Below are positions 39,527 through 53,298 of a stretch of 64,000 bases of DNA, piece after piece. The notes below the pieces were generated by a model that saw only the letters and a program-made list of their open reading frames with translations, had not been told where the DNA came from and made no database searches. This DNA comes from Octopus vulgaris (Eukaryota). The translations under genes were made by a program, and so were the position numbers. Where the stretch lies: assembly GCA_951406725.2 (NCBI GenBank), contig OX597815.1:23684001-23748000 (forward strand), given 5' to 3'. Every line of letters starts with the position of its first letter. Positions within the stretch are counted from its first letter, which is position 1.

Positions 39527-40160
39527 AACATTATTCAGTTTATTTCAAGATTTCTTGCCAATAGAGAAAGAACCGGTTTCTAAACTAGATCCAAGGTTCC
39601 TTCATTGGAATTTCAACATCATCAACAGGGTATGTATGTATGTATGTATGTATGTATGTATGTATGTATGTATGTATGTATGCATGTATATATGTATATG
39701 CAGATTTGTATGGTTTATGTATGTATTCTCATGCATATAGTTACATATCTAGACATGCTCATATATATTTAAATGATAAACTTCTGGAAAGTTTTACAGT
39801 TCCAGTGATAGATTGGATCTGTAACCTTCGAATTCGCTTTCTCCTTTCTGGTTTTGAGAAGCCTAATTTCTCAAGATTGGTATTTAGGCAGTGTGTTACA
39901 TATCCCAGTGCCCCAATAATTACAGGTATAAACATGAACTTGCAATCTGAATAGAGTAACTGCAGATTTCTCAATAGTTAATCATAAGGTGTTCTCATTT
40001 TCACTGATCATCAGTTTTATGTTAACATCCGCTGGACAGCTAATTTCCACAACTGTACACAGTTTCTCTTCTTCATCCCAAATCATTTTATCAGGTCTGT
40101 TGTGATTACATTTTATTGAGATCTTCACTGGTACAATCCACCAATATTCTTTTTTATTAT
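39527..40160 (-). mobile_element. RLE-type LINE 3' end with endonuclease and 3' UTR, flanked by (TATG)n
   Basis: HNRPD..IWD....CTVVEISCP.D.N...IPVIIGALG (PD-(D/E)xK-type). UTR shared with 26388-26510 and 40355-40455. Confidence 0.88.
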
Positions 40161-40180
40161 GAGTGGCTATGGCTTCTACC

Positions 40181-40211
<31 letters not shown>

Positions 40212-41767
40212 TGTATGTATGTATGTATGTATGTATGTATGTATGTATGTATGTATGTATATATGCATGTATGTATGCATGTATGTATGTATGTATGTAT
40301 GTATGTATGTATGTATGTATGTATGTATGTATGTATGTATGTATCTTATGTATGTATCTTGATGATCGCAGTACAGCCATCAAGCTTCTAAACCTAGAAT
40401 GGAATCCAAGAATTTTGCAACCTTCTGCGGGAAATCTTCCTTCCATTAATAACGTTTAATAAATATGAACAAATCAGTCTAGAGATATTCTAAAGAATTT
40501 TAACAGGAAATAGATATACCGGCAATAGATATATAAACAGCAAAGAATTTTAACAGGAAACAGATATACAGACAATATTATTTTTGCAGCTTAAATTCAG
40601 GTTTTGGTATACAGAAATGGCTTATAATCTATTTCGGTTACTGAAAAAAAATCAAAATTATTTTTGTATTACGTTTTAGTGGGTGGTAGGTGTCTTACTT
40701 CTAAAGGAAAAGCAGAAAATGTTGAGCAGAAATAATTATGAACAATTTTTAGCGTTTGTAATTATTTATAGTAAAATGATTTCAGAAAATGTGTTCCAAA
40801 TGATTTTTTAAAATGTACTTTACTGGAATTAAATTTCTTATCATACAGTGCTGGACCTCATCCCAGTTCGTTCGTTTACGTAGAGGAAATATAAGCTTAC
40901 TGAAGATTGTAATTGGGAAGAGAATCAAACAACAAAAACACCGACTTTATTAAGAGGTGGTTTTCAAAGATTATCAACTTGGAAGGTGGTGGAGGAAGTT
41001 TACTTAAAATTGGTTGCGTGTCGTGAGGAAACTTGATTATCGTTTTATAAAATAAATATTACATGCTTAAATGATAATACATTATGTTTATAATTAGAAC
41101 AGAAAAGGTGAAATTGATAGTAACAGTGTAAACGCATATTATCAAAACATACTGAAGATACACTACCGTTATTGATAGACAAAATATTACAATATATTCA
41201 ACATATTTGATTTCTGTAATTTTTTTTGGTTTCTCTGAGTGTGTACGTGCGTATTCGGGTTATATTGCTAGTGAATATCATTACCATTGTCGAACTGAAA
41301 ATTCAATGAGGGGTTTAAACACAACTCAGCTTAATATCTAGCAGCAAAATAATGGAATGTTTTTGACATTCTACAAATTCTATTCTATCTTACGTAGCGC
41401 TAAAACTAAACTGCTAATAAATGCTGACGGAATATCATCACTCCCGAACACCTTCAAGTTTAAGCTTGATAAAATAAATATTGAATGATACATCATTCTG
41501 GACCTCTATTTTCTCCACTTTCGGTTGAGTGAGACAAGCGTATTAGTATATAACTACACTATCTTATTTCTAGTCAGGTGAGAAGTGAAGTTGCTCGAAG
41601 TTTTCCAAACTCTGAAATTTCGCGAGCGAAACATTGAAATTTCTTTAATAAAGAGTTTCGACCGAACCCTAAGACTATGCTTTCGCAGAACAACCCATTT
41701 ACTATTGTAATCTTCGACTAGTTTTCTCTCAGAAGAAATTTATCAACTAGACACAAAATATACCATA

Positions 41768-42181
41768 TACTCTTTACTCCCTCTTTTACTCTTTTACTTG
41801 TTTCAGTCATTTCACTGTGGCCATGCTGGAGCACCGCCTTTAGTCGAGCAAATCGACCCCAGGACTTATTCTTTGGAAGCCTAGTACTTATTCTATCGAT
41901 CTCTTTTGCCGAACCGCTACGTTACGGGGACGTAAACACACCAGCATCGGCTGTCAAGCGATGTTGGGAGGACAAACACAGACACACAAACACACACACA
42001 TATATATACATATATACGACGGGCTTCTTTCAGTTTCCGTCTACCAAATCCACTCACAAGGCTTTGGTCGGCCCGAGGCTATAGTAGAAGACACTTGCCC
42101 AAGGTGCCACGCAGTGGGACTGAACCCGGAACCATGTGGTTCGTAAGCAAGCTACTTACCACACAGCCACTCCTGCGCCTA
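41768..42181 (-). mobile_element. SINE family A
   Basis: Full motif set. Confidence 0.92.
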
Positions 42182-42631
42182 TATATTTACTTTCCATTCA
42201 TATCTATTGCTTAACTTCCTCTTAGCAGTTTCATCTTTCTCATTGACATCGTACTGCTTGATGTAACTGCATGCAATGTGCAGACACCCCGAATAGGATA
42301 GTAAACTTGCTGTAAATAGAAATGAATGCGCTTTGGGACATCGTTCAGAAATTCATTATCATTGCAAACACGTATTCTACGTTCCTCCTCCTTTTTTCAC
42401 ACATTTCAGATACCGAAATTTTCGTAACTGGGTATTAGATTAAAAAATATAGGGAATTTATGATAATAAAAAACATGCTCACAGGTGGCTAACCTATTTA
42501 ATACTAAGCAGTTACTTAAGATTAAATAGGCTGGCTTTTTGCATGTATGAAATTGTGACTACAGTGCTAAACTATTCTAATATAAAGCACGTTAAATGAT
42601 TCTTAAATATATGGTAATGAAAAGCTGTTTA

Positions 42632-42845
42632 GGATCTTTACCTTTTGACCGACAGATTTAGAAAATATTTTTTGTAACTAAATATTTTCAAACTTCGTAT
42701 ACTTGTAGAATGTGTCACGTAAAACATCTTTTACTCTTGGCGTTGTTGAGAAAATCCTGTATTTTGGAAGTTATTTCTTGTTAAAATTGTCGTATTTCGA
42801 TCATTTCAACCAATCAATGACGTGTATTCAGCTGAATAAAATTAC
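42632..42845 (-). mobile_element. Diverged MITE family D relative
   Basis: ggatcttt...aaacttcgtatacttgtagaatgtg...ttcaaccaatcaatgac. Confidence 0.65.
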
Positions 42846-43499
42846 TGAATGAAAAGCTATTTTATTGAAAATTCAGTTAGAAAAACAATGTAAATGTTTA
42901 TACGAATATCGTCTAGAATGCAGTTCGTATATGCTAATAAAATTTTCGAAGAAAAACGTATTGGTTAAAAGAATTGTTAAACGTGATTATTTGCACCTAT
43001 TTAAAGATTTTTATAATTTGATTTAAATGTACTTATATGAAGTACATATTTTAAGTGATTTTGCTTTTCATTTGATCATGGTTGGCAACAAAAAATTTGC
43101 CTGTGTCATACCGGTAGTCAATTCAATAGTATTTATTGGCTCCTTCGCAAAAGTTGGTTTCGTGCTTAATCACCAGAAATCAAACCTACAGGGCGGAAGT
43201 TATCGATCTTAGTATAAACATAAAATTGAGGTGGCTCTGCTGTTCTCTCACATATAATCATATGGAAGTAATATGGATAAATACTTTACTTTACAAGCTT
43301 AATTATTTATATGACTGATCTGAAATTAAAATGCTTAAAAACTGACTCGAATATTTTAATAGTAGCTTAAATTTATTTAGGAACTAGATCACTCAAATGC
43401 TGAAACTCAGTCCGATTAAATAAGAAATTCGATTTAGTTGAAGATTGTTTCCTTCCTTTGTTTTTTAAACTCCTAATCCTCAGGTCAAACATCGTGGAG

Positions 43500-44100
43500 T
43501 CAATAAAATACGGAATTTCTATGTGACTTGTAGGAAGTCACCTTCTATAGAAACTGGCATCTATTCGCATTCCCCGAAACAGAAAAAAATCGGGAATGCG
43601 ATTTATTTCCTCTGGAGAAACTAGCATCCGGAATTCCATAAGATTCCATCAGAATTCCAGTCCTGTTGAGTTGTTGGGCGAACTTTACTTCCACAATCTC
43701 CTCGTGCTCCTCCAGAATGGCTAAAACCCTCGCCGGATCACGGTGACCCGGCACGTTCTTGACTCGAATTCGAGTCAACCTTCTACCCATGTAATGGGGA
43801 ATCATTACAAAAGCCTGGAACGTGCAAGTTATGATAGCCATTCTTCAAGCTTCTTGCTCACTGCTGCATATAGCATCAACCATCCCATATTGTTTACCTT
43901 TCTGTATGTGTAGCATCGAGGGCCACACATCTTCGAGGCATTTTGCAGTCTCTGCCGGAGTAGGAAATGTAAGTTTCCTCTCCTTGCGAGAAATACATTT
44001 ATAAACAATTGTTCGTCTTTCGGATGATTTTTCTCCTCCTCACTAACACCTGGTTTTATAATGTCACTCTTGTATTTCAGTGCCTTAATTTTTAAGTCAT
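43500..44100 (-). pseudogene. Possible LINE (L1/Tx1-like) ORF1 remnant
   Basis: PHYMGRRLTRIRVKNVP-type peptide, fragmented reading frames, weak resemblance only. Confidence 0.35.
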
Positions 44101-44175
44101 CCACTGAAAAAAAAAATAGCCCAGTTGCTAACGGCTTTAGAAAAGGAAGTAGCTTTGTTGAGCTTTATTGTGTTA

Positions 44176-44536
44176 CTAGCAGTATCGCACGGCGTTGCTC
44201 GGGTTTGTTTTCTTTTCGACTCTTTAGAATTGGAATTTTTGAAAAGTAGAAATTTTGCATTATGTAGCTTGTTATTCTCTTTATGTGAACATTTTTCTTG
44301 TTGAAATACACCGAAAAATGGCGACACAGTTGTCAAAAAAATCGTAAAAAATAGGGATTTTCATAGAAATAAGCACCTTTTTGATGTAAATAATTTTTGG
44401 TCTTAACATGGTCCGATTTGAATTTTTTCTTCTACGGAACGAAGAGCAAGCTTTCTTCCATCATACTCTCAATTTTGGTCAACTTGCGCCGCAGGGTCTT
44501 GGAGGAGATAGTGTTAGTTGAAGGCTACCAAACCTG

Positions 44537-44573
<37 letters not shown>

Positions 44574-44593
44574 TTCAGCTTTATATATAAAGA
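44176..44593 (-). mobile_element. Non-autonomous Helitron
   Basis: On the - strand: 5' TCTTTATATATAA, 3' hairpin cccgagcaacgccgtg then CTAG-T. Confidence 0.8.
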
Positions 44594-44619
44594 TTTCATG
44601 GTAAACATGGATAAAAGAA

Positions 44620-45480
44620 GTATTCGTAATTAAAAAAAGGGTGGTGTTCAAATTTAACGATATTCACCTTCAAGTAGAATGTTCGAGGTCAGCTGCTGTA
44701 TGAGGATGCCCTAATAATATTTACCGATCCTCTGCTATTGATATATTCTAGTATGTACCTATGTTTATCCATATAAGTAATTTGCCAATGATCTTTCAGA
44801 AATCGATGTGTGTCATTCGTGTTCTACCAACTACAAAAAGAGTAGCGTTGGAGTGTCAATAGTCAGTAGGTTATTGTTATTTCTTATATAGAGAATACTG
44901 TCGGAGACTACTTTTCTTTTGTGTCATCCTGTGATTTGTCGGTATGCTAAATAATATTTTCATTTTGCCATAGAAAATGTTTGAAGACACGCGAAAGTTC
45001 ATGTGGATACCACACAACTTCTTTTTATTTCTGTTTTCTTTTCTTTCTTTCTTTCTTTTTTTCTTTCTTTTGAAGCAGAAGAAGTTGGCTTGCCAGAAGT
45101 ATCGAAATATGCAGAGCAGCTTAGCTACGTTATTGTGCCTCCAAATTCATTGTCGGAGCAAGTATGGAACATCTTGACAATGTTGTGTATCGATTCAGGA
45201 AATGCAACACATAGGTGACATTTATCATCTATATAATGGAAGAATTGAGGATATTTCATTCTATTGGTGATAGTCTGTTTCTGTCTCTTGAATGCTGCTG
45301 CTTCTATTGCTCATTCAGATCAGGTTTGTATATATAGGCTAAATGCTTTTTAAAATTTATATAGCGAACATCTAGTTCTCAGAGATACATTGACCGTGCA
45401 AAACACGCTTTTATGCTTGTTCATTAAGGTTAACTCATGTGCCTTCAATATACGCTCGTTTCTGTGGATAGTTTAAGTTT
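44620..45480 (-). mobile_element. Decayed RLE-type LINE (CCHC zinc-knuckle region)
   Basis: KCHLC...ESI.NI / CSILAP / RHNNVAKLL across frameshifts. Confidence 0.65.
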
Positions 45481-45512
45481 AGAATTTTAACTATTCTAAA
45501 TAGAATTATTAT

Positions 45513-45914
45513 TCTCTTTTATTTGTTTCAGTCATTTGACTGCGGCCATGCTGGAGCACCGCCTTTAGTCGAGCAAATCGACCCCGGGACTTATTCTTTG
45601 TAAGCCCAGTACTTATTCTATCGGTCTCTTTTGCCGAACCGCTAAGTGACGGGGACGTAGACACACCAGCATCGGTTGTCAAGCAATGCTAGAGGGACAA
45701 ACACAGACACCCAAACATATACATACACATACATATATATACATATATACGACAGGCTTCTTTCAGTTTCCGTCTACCAAATCCACTCACAATGCATTGG
45801 TCGGCCCGAGGCTATAGCAGAAGACACTTGCCCAAGATGCCACGCAGTGGGACTGAACCCAGAACCATGTGGTTGGTAGGCAAGCTTCTTACCACACAGC
45901 CACTCCTGCGCCTA
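45513..45914 (-). mobile_element. SINE family A
   Basis: Full motif set. Confidence 0.92.
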
Positions 45915-46390
45915 TTGTTATTTAATGCGTTACATTTGGAATCAATGTCCTTGATACCGGATCACAACCAGTTTCCTTAGATATCGAGAACCATTTGAAC
46001 AATCTTTGCTGCTACTAACAGAGCAGATTTCTGTACTAATGCAACTCTCCTAGTTACACCGATCTCATTAACGAAACTTCTAAGTCTGTGGGTAACGGTA
46101 CCTAGAGCACCTGTAAATACTTAGATTACTTTTGCCGAAACTCTCCACAGTTTTCACATTTCCCCAGCTAAGTTTTGATATTTTCCTATTTTCCCTGTTT
46201 TTGACTGCTACATTCATTTCAGCAGGCACAGCCATATCTATGACGATGCACTTTTTCGAGATGAAAATCTCTAGACTTCTTGATTGAATTTCGTGGTCAG
46301 TCTGAACTGTTACACTCTCCAGTTATTGATGCTATGATTTCCTGCTTATTTGAAGCCCATTTGCTGTATCATGTCTTAATGTAATGTCTT
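45915..46390 (-). mobile_element. RLE-type LINE endonuclease remnant
   Basis: VQTDHEI...KCIVIDMAVP...KYQ...GALGTV...VQKSALL. Confidence 0.75.
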
Positions 46391-46484
46391 GGCTACACTA
46401 AGACATACCCTTTCTGTGCCCCAAAAAACCTACAAGAACCTGTGTGTACAACAGACTCTCTCTCTCTCTCGTTACTCAAATTTC

Positions 46485-46548
<64 letters not shown>

Positions 46549-46549
46549 T

Positions 46550-46735
46550 ACGCGGGACGAAATTCTTAACGGTATTCCGTCTGTCCTCACGTCTTGAGTT
46601 CAAATTCCGCCGAGGTCGACTTTGCCTTTCATCCTTTCGGGGTCGATAAATTAAGTGCCGGTGAAACACTGGGGTCGATGTAATCGACTCATTCCCTTCC
46701 CCCAAAATGGCTGCTCTTGTGGCAAATTTTAAAAC
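46550..46735 (+). mobile_element. SINE family B between (TTA)n and CAT/CAC/TTA arrays
   Basis: Family motifs. Confidence 0.85.
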
Positions 46736-46775
46736 CATCATCATCATCATCATCATCATCATCACCACCACCACC

Positions 46776-46825
<50 letters not shown>

Positions 46826-46833
46826 TATTATTA

Positions 46834-46913
<80 letters not shown>

Positions 46914-47672
46914 TTGGCCGTCAGCCTATGAAGTGATACAAATTGGAACTCCGCAACATGTAAGTGATTAATCAAGCATTTCGGCTGGTTGCAGCACTTT
47001 CATTCAAAATTTTATTTCACACGTATTTTGCTTGCATTGTCTGGATCGTGGTGGTAACCTTTTGTGTAATTGCACCTCTTTTAGTGGGTGTGTAATAACT
47101 GCTTTGCATTTTTGCATTTTTTTGAAGACAGAATCTTACTTATTTTTCCTATTTTAAAAAATGGCGGGTTACGTAAAAATAATAATAATCGACGAAGAGA
47201 TGCGTTCTGATGACTCAGTTATAACTCTGAATAGAAACGCAGAGGAAGGTGAAATTCATTTCTCGCCAAAGAGAAATATAATTTTTTCTTGTTGCTACGA
47301 CGACAGTAACAAGTGCAAAAGTACTAGCAGCAACGATAATGACGATGGCGACGACTACAGCAGCAGCAGCAATGTGAACAGCAGCAGCACCACAAACTGC
47401 AGAAACTACAACAGCAACTGTATCAACAGCACCAAGTAAGATGAACAAGATCGTAAACAAGAAAAATAGCCCAAAAGATTTTGCCCAAAAGAATTAAATT
47501 CCAGTAATTTAAAACATTTTGGGGCAAAATCTCGTTGTAATTACTGGAATTTAATTCTTTCGGGTAAGATCGAAACAGCTGTAGGAGAACATGTTGAAAT
47601 TTTGCAATTAATAAATTATATTAATGCTACTTCTCAATTTTCTGATTTTAATTTGAGCATTTATAAACCAAG

Positions 47673-47721
<49 letters not shown>

Positions 47722-47724
<3 letters not shown>

Positions 47725-47880
47725 GACGGGCTTCTTTCAGTTTCCGTGTACCAGACCTACTTACGAGGCTTTGGTTGGCCCGTGACTATAGCAGAAGACA
47801 TTTGTCCAAGGTGCCACGGAGTGAGAACGAATCCGGAACCTGGTAGTTGGAAAGCAAGCTTCTTATCACTCACGCCTGTG
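47722..47880 (-). mobile_element. SINE family A 5' half
   Basis: acgacgggcttctttcagtttccg... Confidence 0.8.
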
Positions 47881-47939
47881 CTTGTGTGCAAAGATAAGTA
47901 CTTACGGAGAGAACTTGAGTACATGTTAATACAACGAAT

Positions 47940-47972
<33 letters not shown>

Positions 47973-48045
47973 TTCAAACTGAACAGTAATCTCACTAACC
48001 ATACCTTTCCTCTTCCGATCTACACACACACACGTACGTACGAAC

Positions 48046-48047
<2 letters not shown>

Positions 48048-48076
<29 letters not shown>

Positions 48077-48421
48077 TGTATGTATGTATGTATGTATGTA
48101 TGTATGTATGTATGTATGTATGTGTGTGTGTGTATGTATGTATGTTCGTGTGTATGTATGTGTGCATGTATGTATGTATGTATGTATGTATGTATGTATG
48201 TGCGTATGTATTATGTATGTGTGTGTGTATGTATGTATGTATGCATGTATGTATCTATGTGTGTATGTATGCATGTACTGTATGTATGTATGTATGTATT
48301 ATGCATGTATGTATGTATGTATGTATGTATGTATGTATGCATGTATGTATGTATGTATGTATGTATGTATGTATGTATGTATGTATGTATGTATGTATGT
48401 ATGTATGTATGTATGTATGTG

Positions 48422-48455
<34 letters not shown>

Positions 48456-48500
48456 TGTATGTATGTATGTATGCATGTATGTATGCATTCATGTATGTAC
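48048..48500 (+). repeat. (TATG)n microsatellite
   Basis: Seen directly. Confidence 0.95.
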
Positions 48501-50034
48501 ATACAAGCACACACGTACACGGAGAAGAATACAAAATTACCTAGTACTAAACAGAATATTATATTACTCATTTAATTGTCTTGGTCATTAGTTAGTCTGC
48601 TGTAAATATGCACTTTTCAATATTTCATCTATTCATTCCAACATATTCTCAAAAGTACAAGCACAAAAGAAGCAAAAGGTCACGGTGATGATGATGATAG
48701 TTGTGCTGCTACAGCTGCTGCTGCTGCTACTGCTGATAGTGATGATGATGTTGATGGCGGCGTTGATAAACATCTTGCTTAAGAAATGGAATTGATCAAA
48801 TATCTTTCTTGTTAGTTAATATTTTTCTAGACTAAAATGTTTTAAACGCTGTCATAAATATCTTGGAGCTTGTGATATCTGAAACCGTCGGTGAAATTAT
48901 TAATGCAAATAGCAGTGTTTGTACATGTATGTACAAGTCTGTGAGTGTGTGTGTGTACACGTAGACCCATTCACAGGCACACACACACATGTAAAAACAT
49001 ATTTACACACACACCACATACGTATGGTTGTATATATATATATATATATGTGTATATGCGTATATGTGTGTGCTTACATATATACATACATATATTATAT
49101 TTATATATACACACATATACATGAATATATACATATATTCATGTATATGTATATATATGTGTGTGTGTATATATGTATATATATGTATATATATGTATAT
49201 ATATATATGTATATATATGTATATATATATGTATGTATATATATATATACATACACACAAATATACATATATATCCTAAGTACATGCACATGTAGATAAG
49301 TATATGTACATATATATAAAACATGTATGTATGTATGCATATATATATATATGGATGTACATACACATACATACACGTGTACATGCCTATGTACACACAT
49401 ACATATATACACACGTTTACATACATACATTCATATACATGTATGGTGTGTATGTGTGTACGTGTCTTCATATCCATACACACATATATAGCCATGCACG
49501 CACACACGCACACACACACACACACACACTCGTGCATGCACATACGCATAGCATATACAACACAATGTACTGGCAATGGAAATGGTAATAAAATGCTTGC
49601 AGTAACCAAAGGTGCGTTCTATACATGAGTCATTCAAACTACTTATTTGTTCGCTCTTCCTGGCTGTCACTGAATCTTGCGATTTTAATGATCGGCGAAT
49701 AGTCGTTGTTGTTCAGCATGGTATTCATGGGAATATGCTAAGTCTTGAACTAAACAAAAGATTTGCGAATTTCAATTTGACTGTAAAACACTTAACTTCC
49801 TGGGAGAGTGGAAAAGAGGAGGAAAAGCAACGTAAATTCTGCAATAAACCTACATTCATTAATTAGAATATCTGCATAATTGCTCGAACGAAAATAATTA
49901 TTAATTATTTTGTTTGTTCGTTTGTTTGTTTGTTTAGTATTAATACTATGTAAAAAGTAAAATGCCATGGATTTTTCTAGAATTGTAATATAAACATACA
50001 GAAATGTCTTGTGATAATCAGTTATGTCCTGAGT

Positions 50035-50420
50035 GTGGAGGCGCAATGGCCCAGTGGTTAGAGCAGCGGACTCGCGGTCATAGGATCGCGGTTTCGATTC
50101 TCAGACCGGGCGTTGTGAGTGTTTATTGAGCGAAAACACCTAAAAGTTCCACGAGGCTCCGGCAGGGGGTGGTGGCGATCCCTGCTGTACTCTTTCACCA
50201 CAACTTTCTCTCACTCTTACTTCCTGTTTCTGTTGTACCTGTATTTCAAAGGGCCGGCCTTGTCACTCTCTGTGTCACGCTGAATATCCCCGAGAACTAC
50301 GTTAAGGGTACACGTGTCTGTGGAGTGCTCAGCCACTTACACGTTAATTTCACGAGCAGGCTGTTCCGTTGATTCGGATCAACCGGAACCCTCGTCGTCG
50401 TAACCGACGGAGTGCTTCCA
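50035..50420 (+). mobile_element. tRNA-derived SINE family C, full length
   Basis: A box tggcccagtgg, B box gtttcgattc, 12-bp TSD tatgtcctgagt at 50023-50034 and 50421-50432. Confidence 0.92.
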
Positions 50421-50489
50421 TATGTCCTGAGTTCTTAGTTCAGATCCTCCAAGATTGACTATATCTTCCTTTCTTCTTGAGTCGAAGAA

Positions 50490-50915
50490 GGTCGCTTTGG
50501 AGCCACATAATATTGTAAGATCCCATGGAAAAGTACCTTCTACTATTGTCCTAGTCTGACGAATGCCTTTTGAGTGAATTTGGTTGACGGAAACTGTATG
50601 GAAGCACGTCATATATATATAATGAGGCTGTGTGTTTGTGTTTGTCCTACCACTACCACTTGGCAACTGGTGCTTGTTTACGTACCCATAACTTAGCGGT
50701 TGGCAAAAGTAACCGATAGAATAAATGCCAAAAAGACCAATGGCATTGATTAATACCATTTCCAAATGTCAGGCCTTGGAAATGATTAGAAGATGGTGAT
50801 TTGGTAGAATCGTTGGAAGGTCGGAAAATATGTCTTGCTGAACTTCTTCCGGTTCATTACGTTCTGAGTTCAAATCACACCGAGCTCAACTTTGCCTTTC
50901 ATCCTCTCTGGGTAC
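50490..50915 (+). mobile_element. Decayed SINE A (50490-50730) and SINE B (50795-50915)
   Basis: Family motifs with many substitutions. Confidence 0.7.
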
Positions 50916-51836
50916 CAAGAATACAGTCAAGTGCTCACCTTCATGTAGAGAATTAGTGGAAGGAAAGAGCGACGATGTCCTCAGAAAAATCCTGGGTATC
51001 AATGAAAATCAACCGATTAGTCTTCCCGGAGGACTTCGGACCGAAAATCAATGGATTATTTCCAGAAGTCCTTGATCTTGCAGTGCTACGGGGAAGGGGC
51101 ATTGTTGAACCTTGATAAACTCTTCAGGTAAGGTAGTGCTCCTACAGTACTCTAGCATTGCTGATTTGTGTAATTATGTTGAATCCAGTTATCAGCCAAC
51201 TCCATCGTGAAGACTGTCTTATCACCTTCCTTTGACTGGAAAGGAAAGCAGATTTCCTGTGACTGGTGGCAATGGCGAAAGAGGCTGTATGATAGACGCG
51301 ATGGGAGGATTGAAAACAGACACCTTATCAACTAAACCCTCGTCGACTTCGAAAAGAAAATGAAAGTGACGATGGGGGGCGCTTTCTCTTACCAGTAAAT
51401 CTGTAAAGAGGTGAGTGAGTGCAGCAAGAGTGGTCCGGGTAAATGGATCTAGTCTACGCATGCGCCTGTCAGCTGAAGATTACGGAGGAAGAATAGGAAG
51501 AAGGAACACTTGCCATGTTATTCCTGGTAAGTAGAGCGACTCGGAATCTGAGGAGGTTCCTTTGTTGCCCCTGAGAGGCGTTCTCCCTCCTAAAGAAGTT
51601 TATTGTTATAATATGCTTGTTAATTCTTCTTCTTCTTCTTCTTCTTCTTCTTCTTCTTCTTCTTCTTCTTCTTCTTCTTCTTCTTCTTCTTCTTCTTCTT
51701 CTTCTTCTTCTTCTTCTTCTTCTTTATTGCTTACACGTATCTAATGTAAGTCTACATTGTCTTTGTATTTTAAATGTTTTTGCGGTGCTTGTAGCCAAAG
51801 AACTTGTTGTTGCTGTTGTTGTTGTCGTTGTTGTTG

Positions 51837-51888
<52 letters not shown>

Positions 51889-51914
51889 GTATCATCATCA
51901 TCATCATTATCATC

Positions 51915-52288
51915 AAGGCGGCAAGCTGACAGAATCGTTATCCCGCCGGGCGAAATGTGTAGCCGTATTTCGTCTGCCGTTACGTTCTGAGGTCAAATTC
52001 CGCCGAGGTCGACTTTACCTTCATCCTTTCGGGGTCGATAAATTAAGTACCAGTTATGCACTGGGGTCGATGTAATCGACTTAATCCGTTTGTCTCTCCT
52101 TGTTTGTTCTCTCAGTGTTTAGCCCCTTGTGGGTAGTAAAGAAATATGTATTTTGTCTGCCGCTACTTTCCGAGTTCAAATTCCGCCGAGGTCGACTTTG
52201 CCCTTCATCCTTTAAGTACCAGTGTAACACTGGGGTCGATGTAATCGACTATCCCCTCCCCACCACCACCACCACCACCACCACCACC

Positions 52289-52322
<34 letters not shown>

Positions 52323-52460
52323 TTGTTTTTCCTTGTTCTCATTCATTTTAATATTTATCAATCTGCTCGCTTTCTTCGTCTTCAACCTCCAAAACCAACC
52401 ATCACTTCCTCCTCTTCTCTGTCTCCTCCTCCTCTTCCAGTTGTAGAAAGGATTATTATT
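51915..52460 (+). mobile_element. SINE family B dimer with tail interrupted by an insertion
   Basis: Two units. The body stops at about 52260 and the tail cttccag..gaaaggattatt resumes at about 52433. Confidence 0.8.
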
Positions 52461-52509
52461 GTTAGACAATACGGAGAGCGTGATGTGATTGCAACCGATA
52501 TTTCATTGG

Positions 52510-52552
52510 TTGAACGATATTTCGACAGCTAGCGTGTCTTTGACGAGTTCAA
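52510..52552 (-). ncRNA. Minimal hammerhead motif, variant core UCGUCAA
   Basis: TTGAAC-TCGTCAA-A-GACA.cgctagc.TGTC-GAAA-TA-TC-GTTCAA. Confidence 0.55.
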
Positions 52553-53255
52553 AATGAAAAGTGATACATAGAAATTCGAAAGTATAGAAATTCAAATCTA
52601 AAATATGAACGAGGGCAACCAGCGCCCTCACATTGATAGAATGGCATCATCAGTCTTCAATTGTCATGTTTACAATTGGCAAGAAGAAAAAGGGAGGAAA
52701 AAAGGGAATAAAAGAGAAAAGGAAAAAAAAGATGAATATTTAATCAAACAGTTTGTGTAAATATGATGAAATTCTCTTGACATTTTATTCCTTCCTTCAG
52801 AGTGCGATGTTAATAACTTGCAAACATATTTCTTCTCATGCATTTTGGGTACTGAAAGTGTAGCAAATTCAGAATATTTTCAGAGAATATGCAATTTCAA
52901 GTCCTTTTCAAAATTGCAGCTGCTTGATGCAAAATGTTCGACAAGTTCTATCGAAAGTTTTCTGGAGGCAGAATAGTGACAGAGTTATTTTGCAAGGCCA
53001 CGTCATCCCACATGACAGGAGAATTTCATCATATTTACACAAAACTATTCAATTAAATATTCTTTATTTTCCTTTTCTTTTTTCTTTTCTGTTCTCTTTT
53101 TTTCTCCTTTTCTTTCATTTTCTTTTTGCCACTTGTAAACTTGAAAATTGAAGACTGATGATGTCACTTCATCAATGTGGGGATGCTGGTTGCCCTCGTT
53201 CATATTTCGGTTTTGAATTTCTATAATTTTGAATTTCTATGTACCACTTTTCATT

Positions 53256-53298
53256 TTGAGCTCGACAAAGACAGGTTAGCTGTCGAAATATCGTTCAA
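53256..53298 (+). ncRNA. Minimal hammerhead motif, variant core UCGACAA (U3:A8)
   Basis: TTGAGC-TCGACAA-A-GACAG.gttag.CTGTC-GAAA-TA-TC-GTTCAA. Confidence 0.65.

Noticed and set aside
45003-45218. Exon-like plus-strand ORF after a pyrimidine tract
   Set aside because: The opposite strand encodes the CCHC/RHN motif of an RLE LINE.
47198-47241. tgcgtt-CTGATGA...GAAA-cgca hammerhead-like motif
   Set aside because: There is no room for stem I and stem II is out of register. At most a collapsed remnant.
50920-51610. GC-richer block, possibly a LINE ORF1
   Set aside because: Resemblance too weak to name a family.
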